DNA of 64,000 bases from an uncultured Gemmatimonadales bacterium (lineage in GTDB: Bacteria; Gemmatimonadota; Gemmatimonadetes; Gemmatimonadales; Gemmatimonadaceae). How positions within the stretch are numbered: the stretch's first letter is position 1; every line of letters begins with the position of its first letter. The stretch lies in the NCBI GenBank assembly GCA_963850905.1, contig CAWKMU010000003.1, positions 3,520,001-3,584,000 on the forward strand, written 5' to 3'. Below the pieces are notes generated by a model that worked only from the letters and a program-made list of their open reading frames with translations, had not been told where the DNA came from and ran no database searches. Shown here piece after piece: positions 1 to 9,198 of this stretch. The position numbers and the translations under genes were made by a program.

Positions 1-373
1 ACCGCTGATTGGTCGCGCGGAGCCGCGCTACCTGCGCGTCGGTAAGCTGGAGTCGCTGCCGAACGATCCGCTCGAACTGCATCCGCAACCGCTGCTCGAG
101 CTGTTGCCGCGGACCGCCGACAGGCGGTTGCCCCGCACCGAACTTCCGGCCGGCAAATGGGCGGCGCGGCGTGTTCGGCGCGTAAGGCTGCGGAGTCGCC
201 GACGGCGCTGGCGGCGCCGCGCCGTTGTCAGGCGGTGCCGCGACGGTCTGCGCGGTCGCGAGTCGCGGTGTACCGACGAGGAGGACCGCGGCCAGTGCAC
301 TCACGGCCGCAATAACCGCCGCATCGTGCACCCGGCCCAGGCGACCGGCCCGCCAACGGGACACGCCGTTCAC
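1..373 (-). CDS. Exported protein, possibly Spy/CpxP-like, downstream of the anti-sigma gene (3' end runs off the window)
   Basis: GTGA overlap with the anti-sigma stop. Manual translation gives a signal-peptide-like AAVIAAVSALAAVLLVGTPRLATAQ, then the helical QRLRMQFERIVRQRLQLTDAQVARLRATN. Confidence 0.65.
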   Translation of the reverse strand, partial: MNGVSRWRAGRLGRVHDAAVIAAVSALAAVLLVGTPRLATAQTVAAPPDNGAAPPAPSATPQPYAPNTPRRPFAGRKFGAGQPPVGGPRQQLEQRLRMQFERIVRQRLQLTDAQVARLRATNQR

Positions 374-1140
374 GGAGCCGTCTCCGCCGGCAGCGCCGGC
401 ACGGCCGCGTCCGGATCAGCCGGCAACTGGTCGTCGAGACCGTTCATATCCTGTAGGAGCGACTGGACCTCGCCGTCGCTCAAGTCCGAGATGTCGCTCG
501 CGACTGCAAGCCCCGGCCCTGCCTCTTCGGCCCCGCTGCCGTCTGTCGGATTCTGCGGACGCGTTGCGCTCGGCTGGGCAGGACCCTGACTGACGTCGCT
601 CGGACGCGTCGCCGCCGGCGTTGTCGCTTGCGGAGCCACGGGCTGCGCCGGCGGCGCAACGGTCTGCACGACGGTGCTGTCAGCCACGGTGTTGATCAGT
701 GGCGCTGACCCGAGGTGCCGGACCACTGCCACGGTCAGGCCGCCCACGGCCACCATCGCGACCGCGGCAATGCGCCACGCAGTCCAGTGTGATGCGTACG
801 AACCCATTGGGCGTGAGCGCACACGCAGTCGCTCATCTCGTTGACCACCACCGGCGGCGGAGATACCCGCACGCACGGGCGCCGACGAGGACACGAGCGC
901 GGGCTTGGCCTCGGCTGCGGCTGGCGGCTTCGGCAAAGCTGCCACGACCCGCGCCACGTCGATCGCGGGCACCCCGTGACTCATGACCCGACGGGCCGCG
1001 CTCAACAGCTCGAGCTCCCCCGCGCACGCCGGGCAGCTCGCCACATGCGACGCCACGCGCGTGCGCTCGGCGCCGCTCAATCGCTCGGCAGCCAGGTCCG
1101 GCAGCAAATCGCGCATTTCCGCATTCATACAGTCACTCAT
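370..1140 (-). CDS. Anti-sigma factor with zf-HC2 (ZAS) domain and one TM helix
   Basis: HVASCPAC (HxxxCxxC) motif; TM WRIAAVAMVAVGGLTVAVV; overlaps the ECF sigma stop. Confidence 0.85.
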   Translation of the reverse strand: MSDCMNAEMRDLLPDLAAERLSGAERTRVASHVASCPACAGELELLSAARRVMSHGVPAIDVARVVAALPKPPAAAEAKPALVSSSAPVRAGISAAGGGQRDERLRVRSRPMGSYASHWTAWRIAAVAMVAVGGLTVAVVRHLGSAPLINTVADSTVVQTVAPPAQPVAPQATTPAATRPSDVSQGPAQPSATRPQNPTDGSGAEEAGPGLAVASDISDLSDGEVQSLLQDMNGLDDQLPADPDAAVPALPAETAP

Positions 1141-1732
1141 CGACTAACTCCTTGATTGCCCGGATCGCGTTGTGATAGTGCACGCGTGCCGCCCCTTCAG
1201 TCGTCCCCACAACGCCGGCAATCTCCTTGTACGACAATCCCTCCGTCACACGCAACATGAACACGTCCCGCTGCATGGGCGACAGGCGATCCAGGGCTCC
1301 GCGAATTCGAGCCTCAGTCTCCCCGGCAACCAACGAGTCGAGCGCCGTGTACTCTGTCGCCGCATCGCGCTCATCGATCTCATCGGCATCCGGTCGTCGC
1401 CGCGCTGCCCGCCTTCGATCCAGCAACAACCGTCGCTCGATCGTGAAGAGCCACGTGCGCAGTGAGCTCTCGCCACGAAACTCCGCGAGCGATTGAAAAG
1501 CTCGAACGAACGTGTCCTGAACCAACTCATCGATCTCTCCCCGATCCACGCTCGACGTCAAACTCGCCGCAAACCGCGCAAGCGCGGGGGCATGCCGCTC
1601 CACGAGCAGCGTCGCCGCCCGTTCGTCGCCTCCGAGCCACCGAGCCACGAGCGAGCGATCGACCGCGTCGTCCCCTTGTTCTCGCGGTTGACCCGGCGCC
1701 GGCCCTGCCGACCGCCGTGACGGCTCACTCAT
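1133..1732 (-). CDS. ECF (sigma-70 group 4) RNA polymerase sigma factor
   Basis: Region 2 DELVQDTFVRAF..FRGESSLRTWLF; region 4 LSPMQRDVF..EGLSYKEIA..GTTEGAARVHYH. Confidence 0.93.
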   Translation of the reverse strand: MSEPSRRSAGPAPGQPREQGDDAVDRSLVARWLGGDERAATLLVERHAPALARFAASLTSSVDRGEIDELVQDTFVRAFQSLAEFRGESSLRTWLFTIERRLLLDRRRAARRRPDADEIDERDAATEYTALDSLVAGETEARIRGALDRLSPMQRDVFMLRVTEGLSYKEIAGVVGTTEGAARVHYHNAIRAIKELVDE

Positions 1733-1868
1733 TCCGTCGCACCTGTCTGACGCCGACTGCTGCCACTTGTTAATGACACGCAGGCGTCCTCAATAGAGGA
1801 CACCAGTGCGGAAGTGGCGCAGCCATGGAGGGTTCCGTGGGGGTCCTGGAAGGCCCATCTTGGCAGAC

Positions 1869-2645
1869 GTGACCGGTCTTTCGGTATCCCATACGCACTC
1901 GCCTCGTGTTGACCGGCCCGAGATCATCGCTCACCGCGGCACCCCTCGCACCCGCCCCGAAAACTCCCTTCCCGGATTCCGTTCCGCGCTCGACCTCGGC
2001 GCAGATGCGATCGAGCTCGACGTGCATTTGACTGCTGACGGCGTTGTCGTGGTACACCACGACCCGTTCCTGCAGCGGACCGGCTCAGGCGCGCCCGGCC
2101 GCCGCCTGCCGATCCGGGAGTTGACCGCATCGGAGCTCGAAGCCCATCCATTAGCACCCGGCGTGCCGATCCCGACGTTGGCCGCGGTGCTGGATCTCGT
2201 CGGCGGGCGTGGGACCGTGTACGTGGAAGTTAAGGCGCCTCGAGCCGAACACGCCGTGCTGCAATGCATTGGCGAGTCCAAGACCTCCTGCGCGATCCAC
2301 TCGTTCGATCACCGCGTGGCGCTGCGCGTGGCGCAGATCGCCGAGGAGAGCCCATCGGCGCGTGCAGGTCGTTCGCCCATACCCACAGGCGTCCTGTCAG
2401 CCAGCTATCTCATCGAGCCCGCGGCCGCACTTCACGCCGCGCGCGCGCGCGATTACTGGCAGCAATGGGACCTGATCGACGACGAGTTGGTGTCACGCAT
2501 TCACGCCGCCGGTGGCCGCGTCGTCGCCTGGACGGTCAACGATGTTTCCGACGCTCGCCTGCTGGCCGCCATCGGCGTCGACGGGATTTGCACCGACGTG
2601 TGCGGGGCGCTCGTGGAGCTTTTTGGGATTGGCGAGCATAGCTGA
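1869..2645 (+). CDS. Glycerophosphodiester phosphodiesterase (start uncertain)
   Basis: IIAHRG, PENS, IELDVHLTADG..HHD, WTVND and GICTD motifs. Confidence 0.9.
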   Translation: MTGLSVSHTHSPRVDRPEIIAHRGTPRTRPENSLPGFRSALDLGADAIELDVHLTADGVVVVHHDPFLQRTGSGAPGRRLPIRELTASELEAHPLAPGVPIPTLAAVLDLVGGRGTVYVEVKAPRAEHAVLQCIGESKTSCAIHSFDHRVALRVAQIAEESPSARAGRSPIPTGVLSASYLIEPAAALHAARARDYWQQWDLIDDELVSRIHAAGGRVVAWTVNDVSDARLLAAIGVDGICTDVCGALVELFGIGEHS

Positions 2646-2684
2646 ACGGCGGCATCGCCTCAGGCAACGATGACCGGAAAAAAA

Positions 2685-2823
2685 ATGGGCGGCCTGAAGG
2701 CCGCCCCTACATGTTGCTGCGCGCGGTGTTCGATTGGAATCGTCGGCGCGCCGCGAGAGATTGGGAAACCCATCGGAATCTCGCCGCCCACGCCGACATG
2801 TAGGGGCGGGCTTCAGCCCGCCC
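2685..2823. repeat. REPIN/BIME-like element: two oppositely oriented GTAG-type REP palindromes
   Basis: GGGCGGCCTGAAGGCCGCCCCTACATG at 2687-2713 and CATGTAGGGGCGGGCTTCAGCCCGCCC at 2797-2823; lies between convergent genes. Confidence 0.8.
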
Positions 2824-3091
2824 CTTCCCCGGCCGTCGTATCAGCGTAGACGCTGACCTTATACCGAATCCGGTTCTTGTGCTCGTACTTCACCACGCCA
2901 TCGATCAGCGCGAAGATGGTGAAGTCTCTCCCCAGGCCGACGTTGCGGCCAGGGTGCCACTTGGTGCCGCACTGCCGGACGATGATGTTCCCCGCCCGCA
3001 CGCGCTCGCCACCGAACTTCTTGACGCCGCGGTATTGCGGGTTGCTGTCGCGCCCGTTGCGCGATGAGCCAACGCCTTTCTTGTGAGCCAT
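2813..3091 (-). CDS. rpmA: 50S ribosomal protein L27
   Basis: [33 protein letters not shown]. Confidence 0.98.
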   Translation of the reverse strand: MAHKKGVGSSRNGRDSNPQYRGVKKFGGERVRAGNIIVRQCGTKWHPGRNVGLGRDFTIFALIDGVVKYEHKNRIRYKVSVYADTTAGEGAG

Positions 3092-3124
3092 AGCAGAAGT
3101 CTCGGAATTCGCCGCGTGCTGTCG

Positions 3125-3442
3125 CTATGCGACGGAGATTTTGTTGATGCGAACTTCGGTGAAGCCTTGCCGATGGCCTTGCTTGCGCGCGTAATTCTTC
3201 CGACGCTTGAACTTGAAGACCACGATCTTGCGATCGAGCCCGTGCCGGACGATCTCTCCGGTGACCTTGGCCCCGGAAAGCAGAGGCGCCCCCGTCTGGA
3301 TGTTCGAGCCATCGGAGGACAGCAACACCTCGTCGAACGTCACCTTCGAACCCGCGTCACCGGTCAGACTCGGAACGCGGACGACTTTGCCGGGCTCGAC
3401 GCGATACTGCTTGCCAGCAGCCCGAATGATTGCGTATGCCAT
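3125..3442 (-). CDS. rplU: 50S ribosomal protein L21
   Basis: YAIIRAAGKQYRVEPG..KFKRRKNYARKQGHRQ; adjacent to rpmA. Confidence 0.98.
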   Translation of the reverse strand: MAYAIIRAAGKQYRVEPGKVVRVPSLTGDAGSKVTFDEVLLSSDGSNIQTGAPLLSGAKVTGEIVRHGLDRKIVVFKFKRRKNYARKQGHRQGFTEVRINKISVA

Positions 3443-3483
3443 AAGACGCGAAGTTGAAAGTGCCTAATGAGTTACAGCCTTGC

Positions 3484-3512
3484 AACGTACTGGGTTTGGT
3501 GGGGTTCGTCAA
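3484..3512 (-). promoter_or_regulatory. Sigma70-type promoter for rplU-rpmA
   Basis: Minus strand reads TTGACG-17 nt-TACGTT, about 40 nt upstream of the rplU ATG. Confidence 0.65.
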
Positions 3513-3567
3513 CGCCGGCGACCGCAGGGGCTCTGAGCCAGTGCGGTCGCGCCCTAAAGAGGAGACC

Positions 3568-4398
3568 ATGAGGGACCAGGTGATCACATATCGAGCAGGT
3601 ACGCGGGTCGTTCCGCCGTTCCGCCCCCGTCCAGGCCACCTCGCGTGCGCGCTTGGGATAGCCGCCTCGGCGGCCGGCATGGGTGCGGCCGGTGCCCAGA
3701 CACCCCAGACGGTGCCTATTACCCAGGAGCCGAGCCACCATTTGGCGCTCACCAACGACCACGTGCGCGTGTTCAATGTGACCGCCAGCGCGCACGCCAC
3801 GACACTCATCCATCGTCACGACCACGACTACGTGTTCGTGACCCTGGGAGACGCCGATATCACGAGCACGCGGACTGGCGGCACCCCCCCGGCGCGCTTG
3901 ATGTTGAAGGACGGCGCGATCGAGTACGCCCCCGGCGGGTTCGCCCATGCAGTCACGAACAATCTCGGCCGGCCCTTTCACAACATCACGATCGAGCTTC
4001 TGCATCCGTCGACCGGTGTCACGACCTGCAGCACCGGCTGCGACCGGAGCCCGCCGTGCAGCACCCCAACACCCTGTGCGACGATCACGCACGACATCAC
4101 CGCAGACCAGTGGGTGGCGGACGCGGTGACGCTCCCCCCCGGCACGACGTGGGCAGCCGACTCGGCCTGGGCTCCTCAGCTGGCCGTCGTCGTCTCAGCC
4201 TCGGAGCTCGAGGTGCGCGGTGAGTACGAGTCGACCGCCGACTTCCACCGCACCCCCGGGAACCTCATCTGGATGCCCGTCCACACCAACCGTCGCGTGC
4301 TCCCGGGCGGCGCCGTCATGCAGCGCCTGAAGCCCGGGATCACGAATGTCGGGAAAACACCCGCCCGGATCGTGGTGTTGGAGTGGAAAAGTCCATAA
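3568..4398 (+). CDS. Exported cupin-fold protein with Cys-rich linker
   Basis: GAGGAG RBS before ATG 3568; signal-like ACALGIAASAAGMGAAGAQ; cupin motifs HRHDHDYVFV and GFAHAVTN..ITIEL. Confidence 0.65.
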   Translation: MRDQVITYRAGTRVVPPFRPRPGHLACALGIAASAAGMGAAGAQTPQTVPITQEPSHHLALTNDHVRVFNVTASAHATTLIHRHDHDYVFVTLGDADITSTRTGGTPPARLMLKDGAIEYAPGGFAHAVTNNLGRPFHNITIELLHPSTGVTTCSTGCDRSPPCSTPTPCATITHDITADQWVADAVTLPPGTTWAADSAWAPQLAVVVSASELEVRGEYESTADFHRTPGNLIWMPVHTNRRVLPGGAVMQRLKPGITNVGKTPARIVVLEWKSP

Positions 4399-4452
4399 GG
4401 GATGAGACGTGCCGGAAACGTTGGTAGAGCACTCCGGAGTCCGACTATCAAA

Positions 4453-4483
4453 CGACATGTAGGGGCGGCCTTCAGGCCGCCCA
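4453..4483. repeat. Single GTAG-type REP palindrome
   Basis: CATGTAGGGGCGGCCTTCAGGCCGCCC is the exact reverse complement of 2687-2713. Confidence 0.8.
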
Positions 4484-4510
4484 CCGTCGGACCCGGTCAT
4501 GCGCTGTTGG

Positions 4511-4550
4511 CGTTCCCGACCCCAAACCCCAAACCCCAGACCCCAGACCC
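4511..4550. repeat. (RACCCCA)n heptamer tandem array; G-rich on the minus strand
   Basis: cgttccc-gacccca-aacccca-aacccca-gacccca-gaccc; near copy at 16025-16060. Confidence 0.8.
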
Positions 4551-4555
4551 GTCGC

Positions 4556-6191
4556 TTAAGCCACCGCGTATTGCCCCGTCACATCCCGCCCCGCCGCTTT
4601 CACGACGATCTTGAATTCGTCCGGCCGAAGCAGCGGATCGTCGCGCAGCTCGAGCGAGAAGCCGGCACCTTTCTCCAGTTTCTGCACGAAGTCGTGCTCC
4701 TGCTCCAGTACGTAGAGCGCGACCTCGGGGTGGAGCCGAATCAGCAGGTTGTCGCGCTTGCCCTCGACGACGATGCGCCGCAGCGATCGTTCGATCCGCC
4801 GCGCAACCGATTCAGGCGTGAAGACGCGACCGGTACCATGACAGGTCGGACATGACTCCGTCATGCTCTGCAGATGGCTTTGTCGCACCCGCTGGCGCGT
4901 CATCTCGACCAGACCGAGCTCGCTCACACTGAACGCCTTGGTACGTGCGCGGTCGTGGCCCAGATGGGTGCGAAGCTCCTGCAGCACCTTTTCGCGGTTG
5001 GCCCGCGTCTCCATGTCAATGAAGTCGCACACGATGATGCCGCCCACGTCGCGCAACCGGAGCTGGCGCGCGACCTCGCGCGCCGCTTCCATGTTGATCT
5101 TGAGAATCGTCTTCTCGGGATCCTTCTTGCCTGTGTAGCGCCCCGAGTTCACGTCGATGGACACCAGCGCTTCCGTTGGCTCGACGATCAGGTAGCCGCC
5201 CGAGGGCAGGTCGCAGCGCCGCTTGAACAGATCGCGGATCTCGGTCTCGATGCTGGCCTTGTCGAACAACGGGACCCGGTCCTCGTACATCTTCACGCGG
5301 TCGATCAGGTCCGGCGGCGATCCCCTTGAGGTACTCCGCGATCTCGTTGTACAGCTGCTTCGAGTCCACGGTGAGACTGTCGACTTTGTCGCTGAACAGG
5401 TCGCGGATGATCCCGCGGGTCAGGCTCGTCTCGCGGTGCACGAGCCGCGGCGCGCGGACGAAGTGCACTTTGCGCTTGATCCGCTTCCATGCCGTGATGA
5501 GCGCGTCGAGCTCACGCCGGAACGTCTCCTGGCTCGCATCCTCGCCCACGGTGCGCACGATGACGCCGCCACTCTTTTCCGGGAGCACCGCCTGCACCAT
5601 CTCTCGCAGTCGCTGGCGCTCCGCCCGATCGCCGATCTTGCGACTCACCCCGACGCGCGTCGCGTCAGGCATGTAGACGAGGAACCGGCCGGCGAGCGAG
5701 ATCTGCGCCGTGACACGGGGCCCCTTGGTCGAGATGGGCTCCTTCGAGACCTGGACCAGGATCTCCTGGCCGCGCTTGACGAGGTCCTGGATCGGTGGCG
5801 TCTTGCCCCGCCCGTTGTCTCCGCCGTTGCCGCCCCGCTTGCCGCCCTCGTCACTGCCGCGCGACCCGGTGCTGCCGGATGGCGTGTCGGCATATGGCGA
5901 GTCGCTCTCGAGATCGCCGCCGTTCTCGGCGGCGTCAGCCTCGTCGTCCTCGTCGTCCTCCTCGTCCTGCACCAGATCGGAGGCGTGGAGGAACGCACTC
6001 TTCTCGGTACCGATGTCGACAAAGGCTGCCTGAATTCCCGGCAGCACCGCCTCGACCTTGCCCAGATAGATATCGCCGACCATGCGGCGGGCTTCCGGTC
6101 GATCCACGAGCAGCTCGACGAGCTGGTCGTCTTCCAAAATGGCGACCCGCGTCTCCCGCGGGTTCGCGTTGATCAAAATTTCGCGTTTCAT
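4556..6191 (-). CDS. rng: Ribonuclease E/G family (Rne/Rng), one frameshift near 5316 (probable sequencing error)
   Basis: VGDIYLGKV..PGIQAAFVDIG, KEPISTKGPRVT, DVNSG, QLRLRDVGGIIVCDFIDM; two ORFs join after removing 1 nt. Confidence 0.92.
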
Positions 6192-6299
6192 GTGTGTACG
6201 TAGTCAAACGGGTGCCGCGCCCGGCAACGTGCCCGACGCGGATGCGACCGAGAAGCGACGCAGCCTCGTGTAGACGAGGTTGGGTCTGCATGGTCGCGT

Positions 6300-7518
6300 T
6301 CAATCCAATAGATCCTTCAGCAGGTTCCGGCCGATCACCAGCCGCTGGATCTCTGATGTGCCTTCTCCGATCTCGCAGATCTTCGCATCGCGCATCATCC
6401 GCTCGACCGGATAATCCCTGGTGTAACCATAGCCGCCGTGGATCTGAACGGCTTTCGTCGTCGCCCGCATCGCCAGCTCGCTGCAGTAGAGCTTGGCCAT
6501 TGCCGCCGCCTGGGTCACTGGCTTGCCGTGTTGCAGTAACCACGCGGCGTGATAGAGCGAGATGCTTTCCGGCTTCGATCTCAGTCGCCATGTCCGAGAG
6601 TTGGAACTGCACGCCCTGGAAGGTCGCGATCGGCTGCCCGAACTGGTGTCGCACGCTCGCATACTTTAGCGCGTGCTCGAATGCTCCTTCGGCCAGCCCC
6701 AACGCTAACGCCGCCATGCCGATACGCCCGCTGTCCAGCGTGCGCATGAAGTTCGTGAATCCGCTCCCCTCGGCTCCCAACAGGTTCTCAGCCGGCACTT
6801 CGACGTTCTCGAAGATCAGCTCGCGCGTGTCCGACGCACGCCAGCCCAGCTTATCCTCCTTCTTGCCCGCGCGAAACCCCGGCATCGCCGGCAGTGACTC
6901 GTCGTGCCCCATGCCGACGGCCCGCGCACGATCGAGATCCGCGGTCTGCTTCGTGAGGATGAAGGAGCTGATGCCCTTGGGACCGGCACCGGCATCGGTC
7001 ACGGCAGTCACCACGAAGATCTCGCCGACGCCCCCGTGGGTAATGAAGATCTTCGACCCGTTGAGGATGTAGGCATGACCGCGCCGCACCGCAGTCGTTC
7101 GCGTGCCCGCGGCGTCGCTCCCGGCGCTGGGCTCCGTCAACCCGAAACCCGCGAGAACGCGGCCACTCGCCAGCAGCGGGACATACCGCTTCTGTTGCGT
7201 GGGCGTACCAAAGTTGACGATTGGCGACGTCCCGAGCGTCGTGTGCGCAGAGACCGTGATGGCGTGCGAAGCGTCGACCTTCGCGAGTTCATGAATGACC
7301 ATGACATACGCGAGCACATCGAGGCCACTGCCGCCGAACTCCTCCGCCCACGGTACCCCGAGCAATCCGAGCTCGGCCATCCGCTTGACCGTTGGCCAGG
7401 GGAACTCGCCTTTCGCGTCGTACTCTCTCGCGATCGGTGCGATCTCCTCCTGAGCGAAGCTCCGCACCATCTCACGCACGGCCGCGTGCTGTTCGCCGAA
7501 ATACAGTCCTTCGTCCAT
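6300..7518 (-). CDS. Acyl-CoA dehydrogenase, frameshift near 6558
   Basis: [70 protein letters not shown]. Confidence 0.93.
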
Positions 7519-7525
7519 AAATGCG

Positions 7526-9198
7526 CTACGCTCGCCCTGAGACGTGTGGCGCTGGACCGGCGCCATGGCCTGCGCCCAGCACGACGTTCAAAAACTGCTC
7601 TCCGTATCGCTCCAGCTTGACCGGACCGACCCCTCGGACATCACGCGAGCGCGGTCACCGATCGTGGCCGTCGAATTGCCATTTCAATGAGCGTCCGATC
7701 GGGGAAAACGACATAGGCGGGAACGCCGTCGCGCTTCGCGATTTCCGCGCGCAGCGTTCGAAGGGCTTCGAACAATGGGGCATCCCCGGCTGGCAGCGTC
7801 GCCGGCGGTGCGGCCGCCCCCGTCGCTGCGCGGCGCCCGTCGCCCGTCGACGATGCGGCCGCCACGCCTGCCGGCATCGGTGGCCGCCCGCCGCGTCCGG
7901 GTGGCCGTCAATCGAGGGATTACGACCTTGCGGTGGTTGCCCAGACAGTTGTCGCATCCCTCACACTGGCCTGGCGCAGCCGGGTCCCCGAAGTAACGCA
8001 GGATGAAAGTGCGCCGACACCCTTTCGCGTACGCGTACCGCTGCATGATATCCAGCTTCGCCAGATCGGCCTTCCGCCGCCGCGCCTCGCCGGCTGGGTC
8101 GACGCCCGCCAGCGAGTCGGATCGGCCATCCGATGACGGACGAGCGTTGTTGATCAGGAACTCGTGCGTGAAGCGATCCTGAAAGGCATGCAGCAGCACA
8201 CAGTTCGCCCGCTGGCCGTTCCGCCCGGCGCGACCCGCTTCCTGGTAGTACGCTTCGAGCGAGCCAGGCATGGTATGATGCACGACCAGCCGCACGTTCG
8301 CTTTGTCGATTCCCATGCCGAACGCATTGGTCGCGACCATCACCTTGACGCGCTCCGACATGAAATCGTTCTGCGCGTCGTGACGCTCGTCATCGGTCAG
8401 GCCTCCGTGATACCCACGGGCCCGCACGTCGAGGTCGCAGAGGACGACCGCCACCCGGTCGACTGCCTTGCGGGTGGTGACATAGACGACCGCCTGCCCC
8501 GGATGGGTCTGGAGCAACTGGACCAGCGTCGCGTCCTTCTCGGCATCGTTCCGGGTACGAATCACATGGTAGTGCAGGTTCCGACGATCGAACCCACTCA
8601 CCACGATTTCGGGCGTCTTGAGGCCGAGTTGCTCGGCGATGTCGCGCCGGACCGCCGGCGTCGCCGTTGCGGTCAGCGCGACCGTCGGTGGATCGCCAAG
8701 CGCCGTGCGGATGTCGCGCACGCGCCGGTAGCTGGGGCGGAAATCGTGGCCCCACTCGCTGATGCAGTGCGCCTCATCGACCGCGAGCAACGACACGCCG
8801 GCTCTGCGCAGGCGGTCCCCGGTGGCGCCGTAGTCAAACCGTTCCGGCGCGACATACAGCAGTCGCCACTCGCCCCGTTCCGCGCGCGCGAGCCGATCGG
8901 CCACCTCGCCGTACGACAGTGAGCTGTTGATGAACGTCGCGGGCAACCCTCTGGCCGTTAAACCGTCAACCTGATCCTTCATCAAAGAGATCAACGGTGA
9001 TACCACGACGGTGAGCCCGCGGAGCAACAATGCTGGCACCTGGAAGCACACCGACTTCCCCCCGCCAGTCGGCAGAACCACCAGCGTATCCCGCCCGGCC
9101 AGGATGGCCGTGACGGCCCGCTCCTGCCCGGGCCGAAACCCGTCGTACCCGAAGGCCCGGCTGAGGACCGTCCGTGCGTCGTCGATGCTAGACGGCAC
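7526..9198 (-). CDS. recQ: RecQ-family DNA helicase with Zn-binding and HRDC domains, frameshifts near 7870 and 7643
   Basis: PTGGGKS, DEAHCISEWGHDFRP, ATNAFGMGIDK, QEAGRAGR, CRR..CEGCDNC; HRDC LFEALRTLRAEIAKRDGVPAYVVFPDRTL..VRGVGPVKLERYG. Confidence 0.9.

Noticed and set aside
1..1732. ECF sigma/anti-sigma/exported protein trio as a novel system
   Set aside because: This is a common, well-known ECF arrangement with nothing unusual visible.
2685..4550. Palindromic and tandem repeats as a CRISPR array
   Set aside because: No regularly spaced repeat-spacer series and no cas genes; they fit REP and heptamer repeats.
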